The notes under the pieces were generated by a model. It saw only the letters and a program-made list of their open reading frames with translations, did no database searches and was not told where the DNA came from. Shown here one piece after another: positions 46,589 through 57,507 of a DNA stretch of 64,000 nucleotides. The stretch covers positions 1-64,000 of the forward strand of contig CAWJCY010000013.1 of the NCBI GenBank assembly GCA_963841565.1. Direction: 5' to 3'. The DNA is from an uncultured Nitrososphaerales archaeon. GTDB taxonomy: Archaea; Thermoproteota; Nitrososphaeria; Nitrososphaerales; Nitrososphaeraceae. Position numbers and translations under genes: made by a program. Within the stretch, counting starts at the first letter, position 1. Every line of letters starts with the position of its first letter.

Positions 46589-46699
46589 ATGGCGACATCT
46601 TCTAGAGCAGTCTGCGACTACTGTGATGAAGGGAGACATAACGAATGCAATACAGAATCAAAATGCTATTGTGCAAAGAACGGACATAGGATGCTTTGA
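46589..46699 (+). CDS. 36-aa Cys/His-rich zinc-finger microprotein
   Basis: MATSSRAVCDYCDEGRHNECNTESKCYCAKNGHRML; below the ORF-track length cutoff. Confidence 0.7.
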   Translation: MATSSRAVCDYCDEGRHNECNTESKCYCAKNGHRML

Positions 46700-47209
46700 G
46701 AGAATCATTGTTATCGCTAACTTGATGATATATAATCTCGTCAGGATTCTTACGATCTTATTTCTTTGTTCATCATCACAGGCTCAATAATTAGCGTGAT
46801 ATATTCGGCCGAACAAGCACGTATAATTTCATTGCTAACGCTCCTCCCATCTTCCTAGTCGTTGCCATTAATTTGATCGTGTGGGTTTCTCTTCTCCGAT
46901 GTTATATATTCTCACTTAATGGGTCGCTTTTTGTATGTCCCTTTAAACCAACGCTAAATGAATGGTACAAGAAGAAGGAGTCAAAAACATTAATGAAAAA
47001 TCAAAAGTAAGATAATTGAATAACGCTTTTGATACCAAAAAATGAACTATTTTTCAAAGATTATGTAGGAGGGATCAGTCTCGATATGATAATGATTGTC
47101 ATTCTGAGTAGTAGATATCTAAATTTTTCCAGGAAGGGCTGTGTAATCTAATTAGGAAATTCGGTTCAGGTCTTTATTAGAATCGACTCTGATCCCGACA
47201 CAGGATCAT

Positions 47210-47381
47210 CAGAAATCTCTGAGTGCAACTAAATCATTAACACAATCTGTATCACTTACCGAACAGGAATTAGCTGAAGGCCATTTTATAATTGGGTCAA
47301 AAGATAAGATTAGGACATGTATTTTCCTTTGGTGACGCAATCTTCGCTTTCTCGGTAACCTTCATGGCATATCAATTTTGA
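47210..47381 (+). pseudogene. 5' fragment of a TMEM175 (DUF1211) potassium channel
   Basis: IRLGHVFSFGDAIFAFSVTFMA matches the TMEM175 TM1 signature R-x3-F-S/G-D-A-x-F-A; the frame stops at 47381. Confidence 0.7.
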
Positions 47382-47445
47382 TATAATAATCATTGAAGAC
47401 GGTCAAAAAAGGGAGAGATTGACCTTATACAGGTTAGTGGATTAA

Positions 47446-48154
47446 ATTACCTTCCTATACACAGACCACTTGGATTACTTGTCTCACAGCTGTTGTCTAC
47501 ATACTGATTTGCATTGATATTTGTTGGTAGTCCGTTTGCATTGTTAAGGTCAATTACATTCTCAAGTACGTTATTGGCTGATATTGTATTCTGTTTGCTC
47601 TGTCCATCAAGAAATACTCCATTCTGACTTCCAACTACATTGTTCATTGCTATACTTGACTGTTGTGAGTTGACAAATGTTATTCCTGCTAGCAAGTTTC
47701 CATTCATAAGGTTTGAGTCTATAGCAGCACCTGTACTTGAGTGAGATGCTACACCTATACTATTACCTTGTATGATGTTTTGTTGTACTTGTGCATTTTC
47801 AGCTCCTGTCATAAATGTACCTATCTGGTTGTTAGATAGTATGACAGAATTAATCGCAAATCCAGTTGCTCCAGTAAGAAGTGCTCCTGCTTGGAAGTTG
47901 CTGATTGAACCAGGTCCATTTACTACTACATTATCAACATTTGGTACCATTATTCCAACTTTAGAGCTGTCCTGTCCAGGTCCTGTGATTGAGAATCCAT
48001 TCATGTTAATTACTGTGTTTGGACCACCTACTATGATACCATCTCCACTGCAGTTAAGATTTGCAGTTAGATTTACTACTCCGCTTACGACTTGTCCACA
48101 TGCTGCGTTAGTTGATGCTTCTGGAGTCCCACCACCTTGTTGTTGTGCAGCCGC
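47446..48154. repeat. Direct repeat copy 2 (709 bp) of the beta-helix gene body
   Basis: Near-identical to 37824-38533 in the same orientation. Confidence 0.95.
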
Positions 48155-48259
48155 AGGTGTTGCTATACCTATTGTCAGTGTGCTCAATGTGATTAGCGTG
48201 ACCAATATTGATGCCGCTATCATGGATGATATACTACTACGCTTGCCTTCTAGTTCCAT
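47447..48259 (-). CDS. Secreted right-handed parallel beta-helix (NosD/CASH-like) protein, copy 2, intact
   Basis: Signal peptide ending AAA-QQQ, beta-helix coils and terminal Cys pairs. Confidence 0.9.
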   Translation of the reverse strand: MELEGKRSSISSMIAASILVTLITLSTLTIGIATPAAAQQQGGGTPEASTNAACGQVVSGVVNLTANLNCSGDGIIVGGPNTVINMNGFSITGPGQDSSKVGIMVPNVDNVVVNGPGSISNFQAGALLTGATGFAINSVILSNNQIGTFMTGAENAQVQQNIIQGNSIGVASHSSTGAAIDSNLMNGNLLAGITFVNSQQSSIAMNNVVGSQNGVFLDGQSKQNTISANNVLENVIDLNNANGLPTNINANQYVDNSCETSNPSGLCIGR

Positions 48260-48899
48260 TTCTTAATCAACCAGAATCAAAGAATCTGTATTATATATAT
48301 GGATGCATGCACAGTACTAAATCTATTATTGATTGCATTTGATTATAAATATTCATTCAAGTTATTGACGATAAGGCTTTACTAGTAAAATTACTTCTTC
48401 TACTGTAACAATGTTATACCATTTGACCACTAAAATACCGTGTGGGAAATGAACCAAGTTACAAATTGAATGACATTTATTTTAAATTCAAGGAATATCA
48501 TCGGTGTTGTTCTTATTGCAGACAAAATCGTAACTAATCAAACTGATGAATTGAATTTTTATTTTGCTGAAAATCTAATTTCAGTCCTGGACAATATCAT
48601 GATTGGTTCATCGGATGGTAAGAATAATGCCGTGGCTGTAGAGGTTACTGATACAAAGTATTTAAACAGGCTTACGATATTTCGTAAAGGTAATTTTGTA
48701 AAATTGCCTCAATCAAGCGAATCCGAGAGGGTCTGTAATTTAGGTTCAGGTTGACAGAATGGGCTTAAAATATGTAAAAAGAAACTTTGTGTGATTATGG
48801 TCAGATTGTCTCTACCAAAACAACAAACTAATTGTTAACGAACAATTGATCCTTGTTTACACCCTCCCTCCTCTTCGTGTAATACATTAATTATATTAT

Positions 48900-49370
48900 A
48901 TGCATGCTGACTCTTTCAAATGCATAAGCTCAGATCGACTCGAAATAATTATCAGAGAAAGAATCACCTCGCTTAAAGAGGAGATAGAAATTGCCACAAA
49001 TTCAAGTCTAAATATGTTAGAGATACAAAATCTTAGAGAGGAAGTCCACTTTTTAGAATGGTCTTCACAACATATCCAATTAATTACAACCCATAATGAT
49101 ATTCAAAAGGTAGTACATAAAGAAACAAATAATCAACAGGAGTTAGAAGATACCGTTCAATTCGAACAGCTTTTAAGAGATAGAATTCATAGTTTGATCT
49201 TGACTCCAGATTTTAATCATAACCGGAAGAAAGCTAATAGTCTCAGAAACGAGAAAAATACATTGGAATGCGTATTAGGTCATTTGTCAACTCTGAAATA
49301 TGACGAATTGCCTTCAAGCCCAAGTGAAATGATGGAAGTGAATAGGGCCTTTGTTCATGCAAAGAATTGA
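48900..49370 (+). CDS. Hypothetical helical protein with an internal duplication
   Basis: IIRERITSL...LREEVHFLEW recurs as LLRDRIHSL...LRNEKNTLEC. Confidence 0.65.
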   Translation: MHADSFKCISSDRLEIIIRERITSLKEEIEIATNSSLNMLEIQNLREEVHFLEWSSQHIQLITTHNDIQKVVHKETNNQQELEDTVQFEQLLRDRIHSLILTPDFNHNRKKANSLRNEKNTLECVLGHLSTLKYDELPSSPSEMMEVNRAFVHAKN

Positions 49371-49684
49371 TAGAAATGTCCAATGGAGCGAATGACCAAG
49401 GCACAGATTTTGTCATTTTTCCAAAAACCAAGTCAGTTTGACTGATACACAATCAATATTTTCCGTGTCATCATGAGTTTTTACAGTCCCGCTAGCCGTT
49501 GGAATTATTAGCCATTGTGCCAAAGGATGGTCGATACGGAATACATTACTGACCCAAGATTTACTTCGTCCAATTAAACTCAAGTATTTATAGTTAAATC
49601 GATTATAGTTGCATACAACCTAAGTGACATTTACTGCCCTCTTATTCGGACGAGATATTTTCCAAATCACGTTGTGCCCGCGAT

Positions 49685-50104
49685 TTAAAAGAGTCGTCTA
49701 TGCTCTGCCATCATACACCTATTAAAAACAACGTCTAAGCCGTTCTCATTAGCTTTTTTCTCTGCATCATCATTATAGATCCCTTCCTGCATCCATATTA
49801 CCTTAATTTGATCCTTTTTGTGGATTGCATCGTCAACTACAGAAGGCACATCTTCTGATTTTCTGAAAATGTCCACAATGTCCACTCTGTCCGGAATTTC
49901 AGATACTGTAGAATATGATTTTCGCCCTAAAACTTCGGGAACTGTTGGATTCACTGGAATCACTTTATATCCATGCTGAATAAGATATTTTGGTACAAAA
50001 TGCCCTGCTTTCTGTTCATTTATTGACATACCCACTACTGCAATATTTTTCAATTCGTAAATTTTCTTCAGTTGTGAATCTGTATGAGAATCTTGTTTCA
50101 TCAT
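49685..50104 (-). CDS. CoA-binding protein (YccU-like)
   Basis: IAVVGMS, GYKVIPVNP, VDIVDIFRKS, IWMQEG and NRCM. Confidence 0.93.
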   Translation of the reverse strand: MMKQDSHTDSQLKKIYELKNIAVVGMSINEQKAGHFVPKYLIQHGYKVIPVNPTVPEVLGRKSYSTVSEIPDRVDIVDIFRKSEDVPSVVDDAIHKKDQIKVIWMQEGIYNDDAEKKANENGLDVVFNRCMMAEHRRLF

Positions 50105-50529
50105 ATATCTAAATTAGTGTTCATACAATAAAATAATTACGATAACTTCCAAGGTAAATGACAAGTATAGGCTCTAAATATGTTGAGCTGCCTTCCATTT
50201 ATCTTAACCTTTCAGTGCGCGCTCGTTCGATCCTATGCAATAACATTAATGAAGAGGATAGGTCCTTAACAAATTGACAAACGTTGCTTCCACACTGCTC
50301 CTATTTATATAGGTGTAGAAAAGAAACTAATTATTGTTGACAATACGAGGTAACAACTACGCGGTACTATTCATTTTATTGATAATGCATCATACCCAGA
50401 ATCAAAACAATACATAAACAAAAGCATTAAAATCCAATACTAAAAGACCACCCCAGACTTTAGAAAAATTATCTTCGTCTAAATCAATTGTCATTACATT
50501 TCTCAATTCTACTTCACGCTAATTGACGC

Positions 50530-51306
50530 TCAACAAAAGATATACTCTCTCAACGGCGGCCCAGGGATATTATTAGTATTCACTAATTTCCATCGATTAG
50601 CCTGGAGAACACCATCGATCTCACATTCTGATATATTCTCCGTCCTGTCTTCAATAACAATATCGGCCATCAGTCGTTCCTCGTCATCAGAATGCCCAAG
50701 ACCAAGAGCATGTCCTATCTCATGCTTTGCTATCTGCTCTATAATTTCATTATTAAATCCATAGTCTAATACATCGTCAGAAATTGTTATTTTGACATTG
50801 TCTACGAGTCCTTGATTTGTAAATCTAAATTGGGTCCAACCCGCAGTTGGTATTACCTTTAGGTCATCATCTATATCACTTTTGAAATTGTATTCTCGGT
50901 TTCCATTTTCGATACTTCTCAGACTGTCGAATGTTATTTGAATATCTGGAGCACGAGAGGATTTCTCTACTTTTCTCAGTTCCAACCCGTCGATATTAGA
51001 ATCCCACTCTTCTACCGCGTCTTCTACTGCAAGTTTTGTTGATTCATCTACCTTAACAGTTTCTACCAACGCATATGTAAGGATTCTGTCAGCTATCGCG
51101 TTTGACCAAGAGCAACATATTTCTAATATATCTAAACTTTGGGGACTTTCATTGTTCTCGTTTGTACCAATGTACTGTAACTGACCACCAGCGTAATAGT
51201 CATCGTAACCAAAAGATAGTTTAACAGAATTGATAGAGAAAATGAGAATTGTACCAAATAACATTGCCAAGGAAAAAGTTACAACACGTGGATCCTTCAA
51301 GGTCAC
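50530..51306 (-). CDS. Secreted matrixin-like zinc metalloprotease (metzincin)
   Basis: HEIGHALGLGH with the Met-turn (RLMAD); signal peptide. Confidence 0.9.
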   Translation of the reverse strand: MTLKDPRVVTFSLAMLFGTILIFSINSVKLSFGYDDYYAGGQLQYIGTNENNESPQSLDILEICCSWSNAIADRILTYALVETVKVDESTKLAVEDAVEEWDSNIDGLELRKVEKSSRAPDIQITFDSLRSIENGNREYNFKSDIDDDLKVIPTAGWTQFRFTNQGLVDNVKITISDDVLDYGFNNEIIEQIAKHEIGHALGLGHSDDEERLMADIVIEDRTENISECEIDGVLQANRWKLVNTNNIPGPPLREYIFC

Positions 51307-51708
51307 ACTAAGTCATTGAACTCAGAGCAAAATAAAGAGCTTGCGGCACCTATGCTGAATGTATTTTTGATTGATTACTAACTTTGTCGATAAGTGCTTC
51401 TTAAATCATTAGCGTACTCAGCCATTTAAGGATTGGTGGATGTAGTCCCATTGGTTCATGAATGAATGTTAGCCAATTCGGGTGTTTCTAGAAGGATCAT
51501 AAACATTCAGCTCACCTAAATAAAATTCATTTCACATTTTGTTACAAAACTCATGTTGGCCAGCTCGAATCTCATCGCAACTTCTCTCAAATACTATTTA
51601 AAATTAGTCAACTGATAGAAAATATTTGGTGCATCGTAATTAGAATACAAAATACATTTGCATGTGGATGACAAATGTATTCTATCGAACAAACATCTCC
51701 AAAGAATA

Positions 51709-52152
51709 CTACTTTACCACCAGCACTGGGGAATGTGAATAAGAGATGATACCCGATGCTACACTCCCTAGCACTATTTTACTGAGTCCGGTCCTCCCTC
51801 TTGTCCCGATGACGATTAGATCGATACCTTCTTTTTCTGCATATTCTAGTATTACATAGTCAACAGGCCTTTGACTATTGACGAGCTCAGTTCTTAGTTC
51901 AATTTTGTTCTGCCTTGCTCTTTGAGTAAATGATTCGAACCATGTCTTTGCTTTTTCCATTTCAGAAAGTCCGGCCCCTACTTCGATCGCTTCTAGTTGA
52001 GAAACACGGGATTTTGCTGGCAAGTAGGCGACAGTAACCGCAATCAACTTGGCCATATATTTAATCGAAATTTCCATTGCGTATTCAGTCGCCCTCAATG
52101 AATGGTTTGAACCGTCTATGCCAACAAGTACCTTGGAAACGCCCCCTTTCAT
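51709..52152 (-). CDS. Universal stress protein
   Basis: VLVGIDGS, DLIVIGTRGRTG, LGSVA and PVLVVK. Confidence 0.95.
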   Translation of the reverse strand: MKGGVSKVLVGIDGSNHSLRATEYAMEISIKYMAKLIAVTVAYLPAKSRVSQLEAIEVGAGLSEMEKAKTWFESFTQRARQNKIELRTELVNSQRPVDYVILEYAEKEGIDLIVIGTRGRTGLSKIVLGSVASGIISYSHSPVLVVK

Positions 52153-52983
52153 TGCTGTCCTTCTGATAACAGATATTTATTAAAGGTTGACTCTCGACAA
52201 TACGATCGTATTATTACCTATAAGAATTAGTGTAAATGGTTAGTATTACTCTCACATTCAGACTTCACATGTTTTTATGGAGTTCCCCTCAAAGACAATG
52301 AATGCACCATAATTGGATTATTTGTTTCTCGTCTCCAGTGGCCTTCAGAATTGTACTGTAAGCTCGGGGCTGGTTCGTCCACACTTATCACATTTGCCCT
52401 GGTAGTTAATTTCATTCATCTAATCCATAACCAAAAGGAGTTCTTTATTTCTTTCAATTTACATGATTCAATTTCATAGTGTTGCGAATTTGATTGCCTT
52501 AGAAGAATCCGTGCGTCAATGAAGATGTCCTCTTCATCAGTGTCACTTACCTTAACCCTTAAAGAGACAACACATAACTTAGAAGCATCTGTTTTTGGCT
52601 CTGCATTGTAGTGAATACTTATCCATATCCATAATAATCACTTGTCGCACAAGAGGTAATCGGTATAGTTTTCATGATTTGGAATTAGCATTTATTTTAT
52701 TGCTACACATCATATCACTTGGCAAATTAAACATTTGTCTCATGATCCTGACAAGTCGCAGAGAAAATATTGAGAATGCGCGAATACCAATTTGCCATAT
52801 TAGTGATTACTTTTTTTTATTTCGATTCATTAAATATTTATCCGGCGGTCGGAGTCATACACGAATCTGATTATTCCTCTAAAAATTGCAGTCATTCCAA
52901 TAGTCAAGTCGAAACTAAGATTGGAGAGCCCCACGGTTTCTTGTTTAGCAAATTAATTATACTAGCTTAGCTGCTGTTAGTTT

Positions 52984-53166
52984 ATGAAAACTTTAGCATG
53001 TCGAGAGGCAGGTTTTGATTGTGACTACATCGTTACTGGCGAAACAGAAGAAGAAATATTTCGGAAGGGAGGGGAACACGCTACGAAGGATCATGGAATG
53101 AAAGAAGAAGATATTACTCCAGAATTCAAAGAAAAGCTCAGAGGACTAATTCGCACAGCTGGATAA
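52984..53166 (+). CDS. DUF1059 small metal-binding protein
   Basis: MKTLACREAGFDC....GETEEE......EHATKDH. Confidence 0.88.
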   Translation: MKTLACREAGFDCDYIVTGETEEEIFRKGGEHATKDHGMKEEDITPEFKEKLRGLIRTAG

Positions 53167-53239
53167 AAGGCTCTGTGCTAAGTGATGCATACATTCAGCT
53201 ATTCTGTGTAGTGATAACGTGATACATTAAGAACTGAAG

Positions 53240-53524
53240 ATGGTCGACAAAATCAAATGTGCGCATATACTTGTAAATAAGCATAGTGAAGCACTTCAAA
53301 TCCTTGAAAGGATAAAAAAAGGAGAAAGCTTTGCCGATCTGGCAAGGGAACTGTCTATAGATAGGGGGAGCGGAAAGCGTGGCGGAGATTTAGGACTTTT
53401 TGGCAGGGGACAGATGGTAAAACCGTTTGAAGAGGCAGCATTCAAACTAAAGAAAGGAGAAATGACTAATGAGCCAGTGCGAACCCAATTCGGTTATCAC
53501 ATTATAAAAAGAGCTGGAAATTAG
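53240..53524 (+). CDS. Single-domain parvulin peptidyl-prolyl cis-trans isomerase
   Basis: CAHILV, FADLARELSID, GGDLG.F.RGQMVKPFEEAAF and TQFGYHII. Confidence 0.95.
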   Translation: MVDKIKCAHILVNKHSEALQILERIKKGESFADLARELSIDRGSGKRGGDLGLFGRGQMVKPFEEAAFKLKKGEMTNEPVRTQFGYHIIKRAGN

Positions 53525-54961
53525 AAAATAACAACTAGTCGATGGCCATCGGAATGTAATTTTAGAAGAGAAAGGCGAAAATAGAACTCCCATAAGGGAG
53601 AGAATTATTTGATATTGGAAGCAGGGTGCAGGTAGTATTCAATACTACTCTTGCTATGTGCGAAATCAGAATTAATCATATAATATCTTGTCTACGGAAG
53701 TACACTAAATAATATCGCTAAATTGGTAAATTAGTAGTACCTATCTAATACACCATTAGAAAAATCCAGACTTGAGATGAGAAATCTACCTCTAGTTAGA
53801 ACCTCCTTCACCATTTTAAGTATGAGCTGGAGAAACCTTCCAGGTAACTGCGTAGAACGCCATTCAATGTATTAACGAACTCTAGAGTAAAACAATAGTA
53901 ATAAATGAGCTTTGGGGCGATATTACGCCTGTCGAGCTGTAGAGATCTGGTAATGAAAAAGATCCATGCTCTACCTATGTCCAGAAAATGTCAAATTTAG
54001 AAAAAAGATATATTGTTTTCCACATTAATGTATTATTAATCCTTTAGATCAAGTAATATAAAGATAAAATGTTTGGTTTTACCTAAGAGGAAATGGTTTA
54101 TAAAAATATAAAAGAAAAAATCGCTATTATGGAGACGAAGGTTTTTTCCTTTCCCCTCTGCCAGAATGAGCAATTTTTCTATGTTTCTTTAGTCTTTCTT
54201 GCTCAGTAAATTTCATTCCACACTCCTTGCAAGGAAAAGACAAATTCAGCTCCACTCTCGCCGTTCGAGTTCTGTTTTCTACTTAAAAAATTTGATATTT
54301 TCATTCTTAAACATTACTTCCTCCTATGTACCGTCTGACATTATTTTAAGTACCAGATTATTTATGCCATGCTTAACTTAGTTAATGAAACGGAACTTTC
54401 GCAAAGTTAATATGCTGAGTTGAAGATAATGCTCAGTTTTTAGGGAGCGATTTTAGAAGTCTAATATCTGTAGATATTTTTTGGGTATTTGAGCTCTAGC
54501 CCTGCTAACAATCAAATGAAAATTGGTCTCCTAACCATTAGTGAGAAATAGCAGACATCAAATCACTTTGCTTTCCATAATTAGAAACTTACTAATAGAA
54601 CTAATTGTTAGTAAAGACAAGTTCGCATCTTCTTGATCATTTGAAATAACAGATCAGGTTCAAAAATATCGTGAAAGCGATAGAGCAATGCTACGTAGCT
54701 AACAAAGAATCCAGAATTGTCTAACGGATTAGTTTGTTTTGCATTCTGTTTTTAGAGATCTCTTTATTGGTCCTCTATCCTTGCTAAAGTAGTTAGTTGT
54801 ATCGAACTACGTAATCCCTCTTTGGATTCCGTGTTAACTGGCGCTGCCAGCCATTCACTTCTGATTAAAATTCTGTGGCCTAGCATTGAACCGATCCTCT
54901 TTTATCTCAGATTCGTGTCCCTTCCAACAGCAAAATGTATCCATATTTAGATTCGAATCAG

Positions 54962-55369
54962 TCAATTGACTCGATGAATGGCAATGATTGTCAAGTGTGC
55001 ATACTCACTATCTTTTCCCATCGATGATTGGATTGATTGGGAATATAGCATTTGTGAACCTCTTAGCTCAACTAGACTTTCTAGAGCATTCAACACAAGT
55101 AAGGTTTGAACTGATTCGGCAGTATCTAATGAATTCAAATATTCGATTTGTCCCGTGGAGTTTTACTGAGCCAACTCGCTCAGTACTGGATAGTTGGCTA
55201 ACAACTCATCCACCATAAGATCTATTGTGCGGTTACCACCTGCGGAGTTTTGTGCCTGAATTTCCAACCCGCCTTGTCCACTTATTGGATCGAATTGGAT
55301 AGCTACTGCGGCAAACACAAAGCAGCTCATTAGCGCCGCAAGGGATCCGATTGTCTTATTCACATTCAT
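54962..55369 (-). pseudogene. Exported helical protein interrupted by an in-frame TAA at 55163-55165
   Basis: Signal peptide, then VDELLANYPVLSELAQ*; the same frame stays open for 66 more codons (NSTGQIEYLNSLDTAESVQTLLVLNALESL...). Confidence 0.6.
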
Positions 55370-55682
55370 ACGTAATCATCATCATTATCATTATCATGAT
55401 ATTCGACATCCATCCCCATACCAGCCAGCCTTGTAACCGTCTCTCCAATTCTTTGTGTGAGACGTGTGTCCCCCGCAGTAATCATGCTCCGTCTGACAGT
55501 CTATTTTTCCCAAATGATATCCGTCACACAAATTCTGAGTATGCAATGCTCCGACACTTTCCACATTTTTACTTTGAGTAAGCGTGGCAGAAGCCAGCTG
55601 GTTCGTTGACACAATTGGACTAAACAATAACGGGAACTAGAGCAGTTGCGGTCACATAACCTGCAGTATACTTTTTTATCAC
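55366..55682 (-). pseudogene. Small secreted Cys-rich protein (DGY..G repeats) with two apparent +1 frameshifts
   Basis: A signal-peptide frame from GTG 55682 joins 55394-55627 after removing one C. The run of stop codons after 55394 reads HDNDNDDDYV in another frame and ends in an ATGA overlap with the next gene. Confidence 0.55.
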
Positions 55683-55783
55683 ATTGTTCCCGTGATTAGT
55701 TATATTTAAATATTCTATGAGAGTTGTGCCCTTAGCCTTAGATCACAACTCTATAGACCGATATTGCTGGCGAATGAGAACAT

Positions 55784-56278
55784 TTGCAAGAAATATATTT
55801 CGAGGTTACTCAACAAGGATTGGCATTGACAGCTATAAACTCACACGATTTATCCAGCGAGCCAATTCGCAAGTTCTTTGGAGACAGAAATTTTGCATTC
55901 TTATCTACTATTAATAAAGATGGCTCACCTCAGGTGACCCCGACTTGGATAGATATGGATGTAGAGCATGGGCTCATCCTAATTAATACGGCAGTTGGAA
56001 GACTGAAGCAAAAAAATGTGTCAAGGGATCCTCGGATATCAATATCGATGATTGATGGAAGGGACAACCCTTACAGTATGGTTACCATCAAAGGGAAAGT
56101 GATAGAACAATCAAAGAGTGGAGCAAACGAACATATTGATAAGCTTGCGAGAAAATACCTGAATACCGACAAATATCCGGCTCACTCTCCCAAAGTAACT
56201 AGGATAATCTTAAAAATTAGACCTGAAAAGATTTCGTATCTACCACCAAGATATACTCAGTACCTTAAGAGCGATTAA
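55784..56278 (+). CDS. PPOX-class probable F420-dependent oxidoreductase
   Basis: AFLSTINKDGSPQVTPTW, KQKNVSRDPRISIS, NPY..VTIKG and IDKLARKY. Confidence 0.9.
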   Translation: MQEIYFEVTQQGLALTAINSHDLSSEPIRKFFGDRNFAFLSTINKDGSPQVTPTWIDMDVEHGLILINTAVGRLKQKNVSRDPRISISMIDGRDNPYSMVTIKGKVIEQSKSGANEHIDKLARKYLNTDKYPAHSPKVTRIILKIRPEKISYLPPRYTQYLKSD

Positions 56279-56727
56279 ACGATTCGATCCGCTCCACACA
56301 ATAATAAAAATGATGACAATAGGAGTTTTCAATTAATGTCTCTATTGCCAAAATCCTATAACCCCGATCTCCTTGAACAGAAAGAATGATGCGATGTAAA
56401 TGCAGCTAATTTTTTAGGAAGTGCATTAATGTGCATCAATGTGCACATTTAGAGATACAAGTTCAAGTACTGTGTTAACACAATTGCTTACACCTGGTGA
56501 ATAAGCGTAGAATGGTCGATGTTATTTCATATCGATGTGGGCGTGATATCATTGTGCTAAATCTTGTTATGCATCGCAAGTAAAGTATTGAAAATCAAGT
56601 TGGAAAGCCTATGAAGCGCAAACTTGGGACCACATTAAGTCAGTTGAACCTAAAGACGAAGCATTCCCATAGGAGGAATTTGAATCCTATGGCGATACTA
56701 GAAGTGGCTGAAAGTACACATCAGACT

Positions 56728-57507
56728 TTAAGCCTTTTGGCCTACAAAAATAGAATTAGGATATGAAAAATAGATTTCGTTTCCTTCAAAATGACTATCT
56801 AGCCCGAGTATGTTATTCTTTGTATCTTCAATAAATAATTGGCGAATTTTGTCAACATTAGTAGGATCGGGAAATGAGGTCTGAAGATGATCTTCAAGTC
56901 CAATTTTCATCCTATAAAACCCTCGTTTTAGAATTGGTATTCCCACTCTTTGGAATAGTTCTTCAAATTCGGATATAGTTAGAGATCTTACATGTGACGG
57001 ATCTCGGAGATGTTCTAGTTGATTATATTGAATTGCTTTCTCAGGAGGTGGGGTTGGATCGATTACTACAACTTTTCCTCCGATAGTACAAACTCTGTTC
57101 ATTTCGATGAGGGCTGAAAGGGGATTCAACAAATGATGAAAACTAAACTTGGTAATGACGATAGAAAATGAATTTGATGCGTACGGGAATGTTTTTGTTA
57201 TATCCCCCATATCCCATCTTACGTTGTCTAACTTGTTCGTTATCTGCAGGTTTTTGGCTTGCTCAATCATTGCGGGCGTTATGTCAATTCCAGTTACTTG
57301 TCTACATATCTTTGCGAATTCAATAGTTAGTGAGCCCGTGCCAGAGGCCACGTCTAGTACGATATCATTTTCGGTTGGTTGGAGGAGAGTTTGGATTCTC
57401 TCAAACACTTCCCCAATATATTGACTAGATTTTTTAGCGAATGGCACAGCTTGCTTAGTGAATTGATCGATAATCAAATATCTATGATCGTATACCGGAT
57501 TGTCCAT
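56728..57507 (-). CDS. Class I SAM-dependent methyltransferase (UbiE-like)
   Basis: VLDVASGTG, GIDIT..M, FSFHH, EMNRV...GG and RDPSH. Confidence 0.92.
   Translation of the reverse strand: MDNPVYDHRYLIIDQFTKQAVPFAKKSSQYIGEVFERIQTLLQPTENDIVLDVASGTGSLTIEFAKICRQVTGIDITPAMIEQAKNLQITNKLDNVRWDMGDITKTFPYASNSFSIVITKFSFHHLLNPLSALIEMNRVCTIGGKVVVIDPTPPPEKAIQYNQLEHLRDPSHVRSLTISEFEELFQRVGIPILKRGFYRMKIGLEDHLQTSFPDPTNVDKIRQLFIEDTKNNILGLDSHFEGNEIYFSYPNSIFVGQKA

Noticed and set aside
47772-48266. Antisense ORFs over the beta-helix genes (also 38150-38666) and over the PE-repeat gene (62835-63302)
   Set aside because: These are codon-bias shadows of real genes.
56667-56692. Isolated hairpins (also near 7248-7270, 24334-24348 and 59269-59296)
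   Set aside because: They are unrelated in sequence to each other, and there is no evidence for a MITE family or ncRNA.
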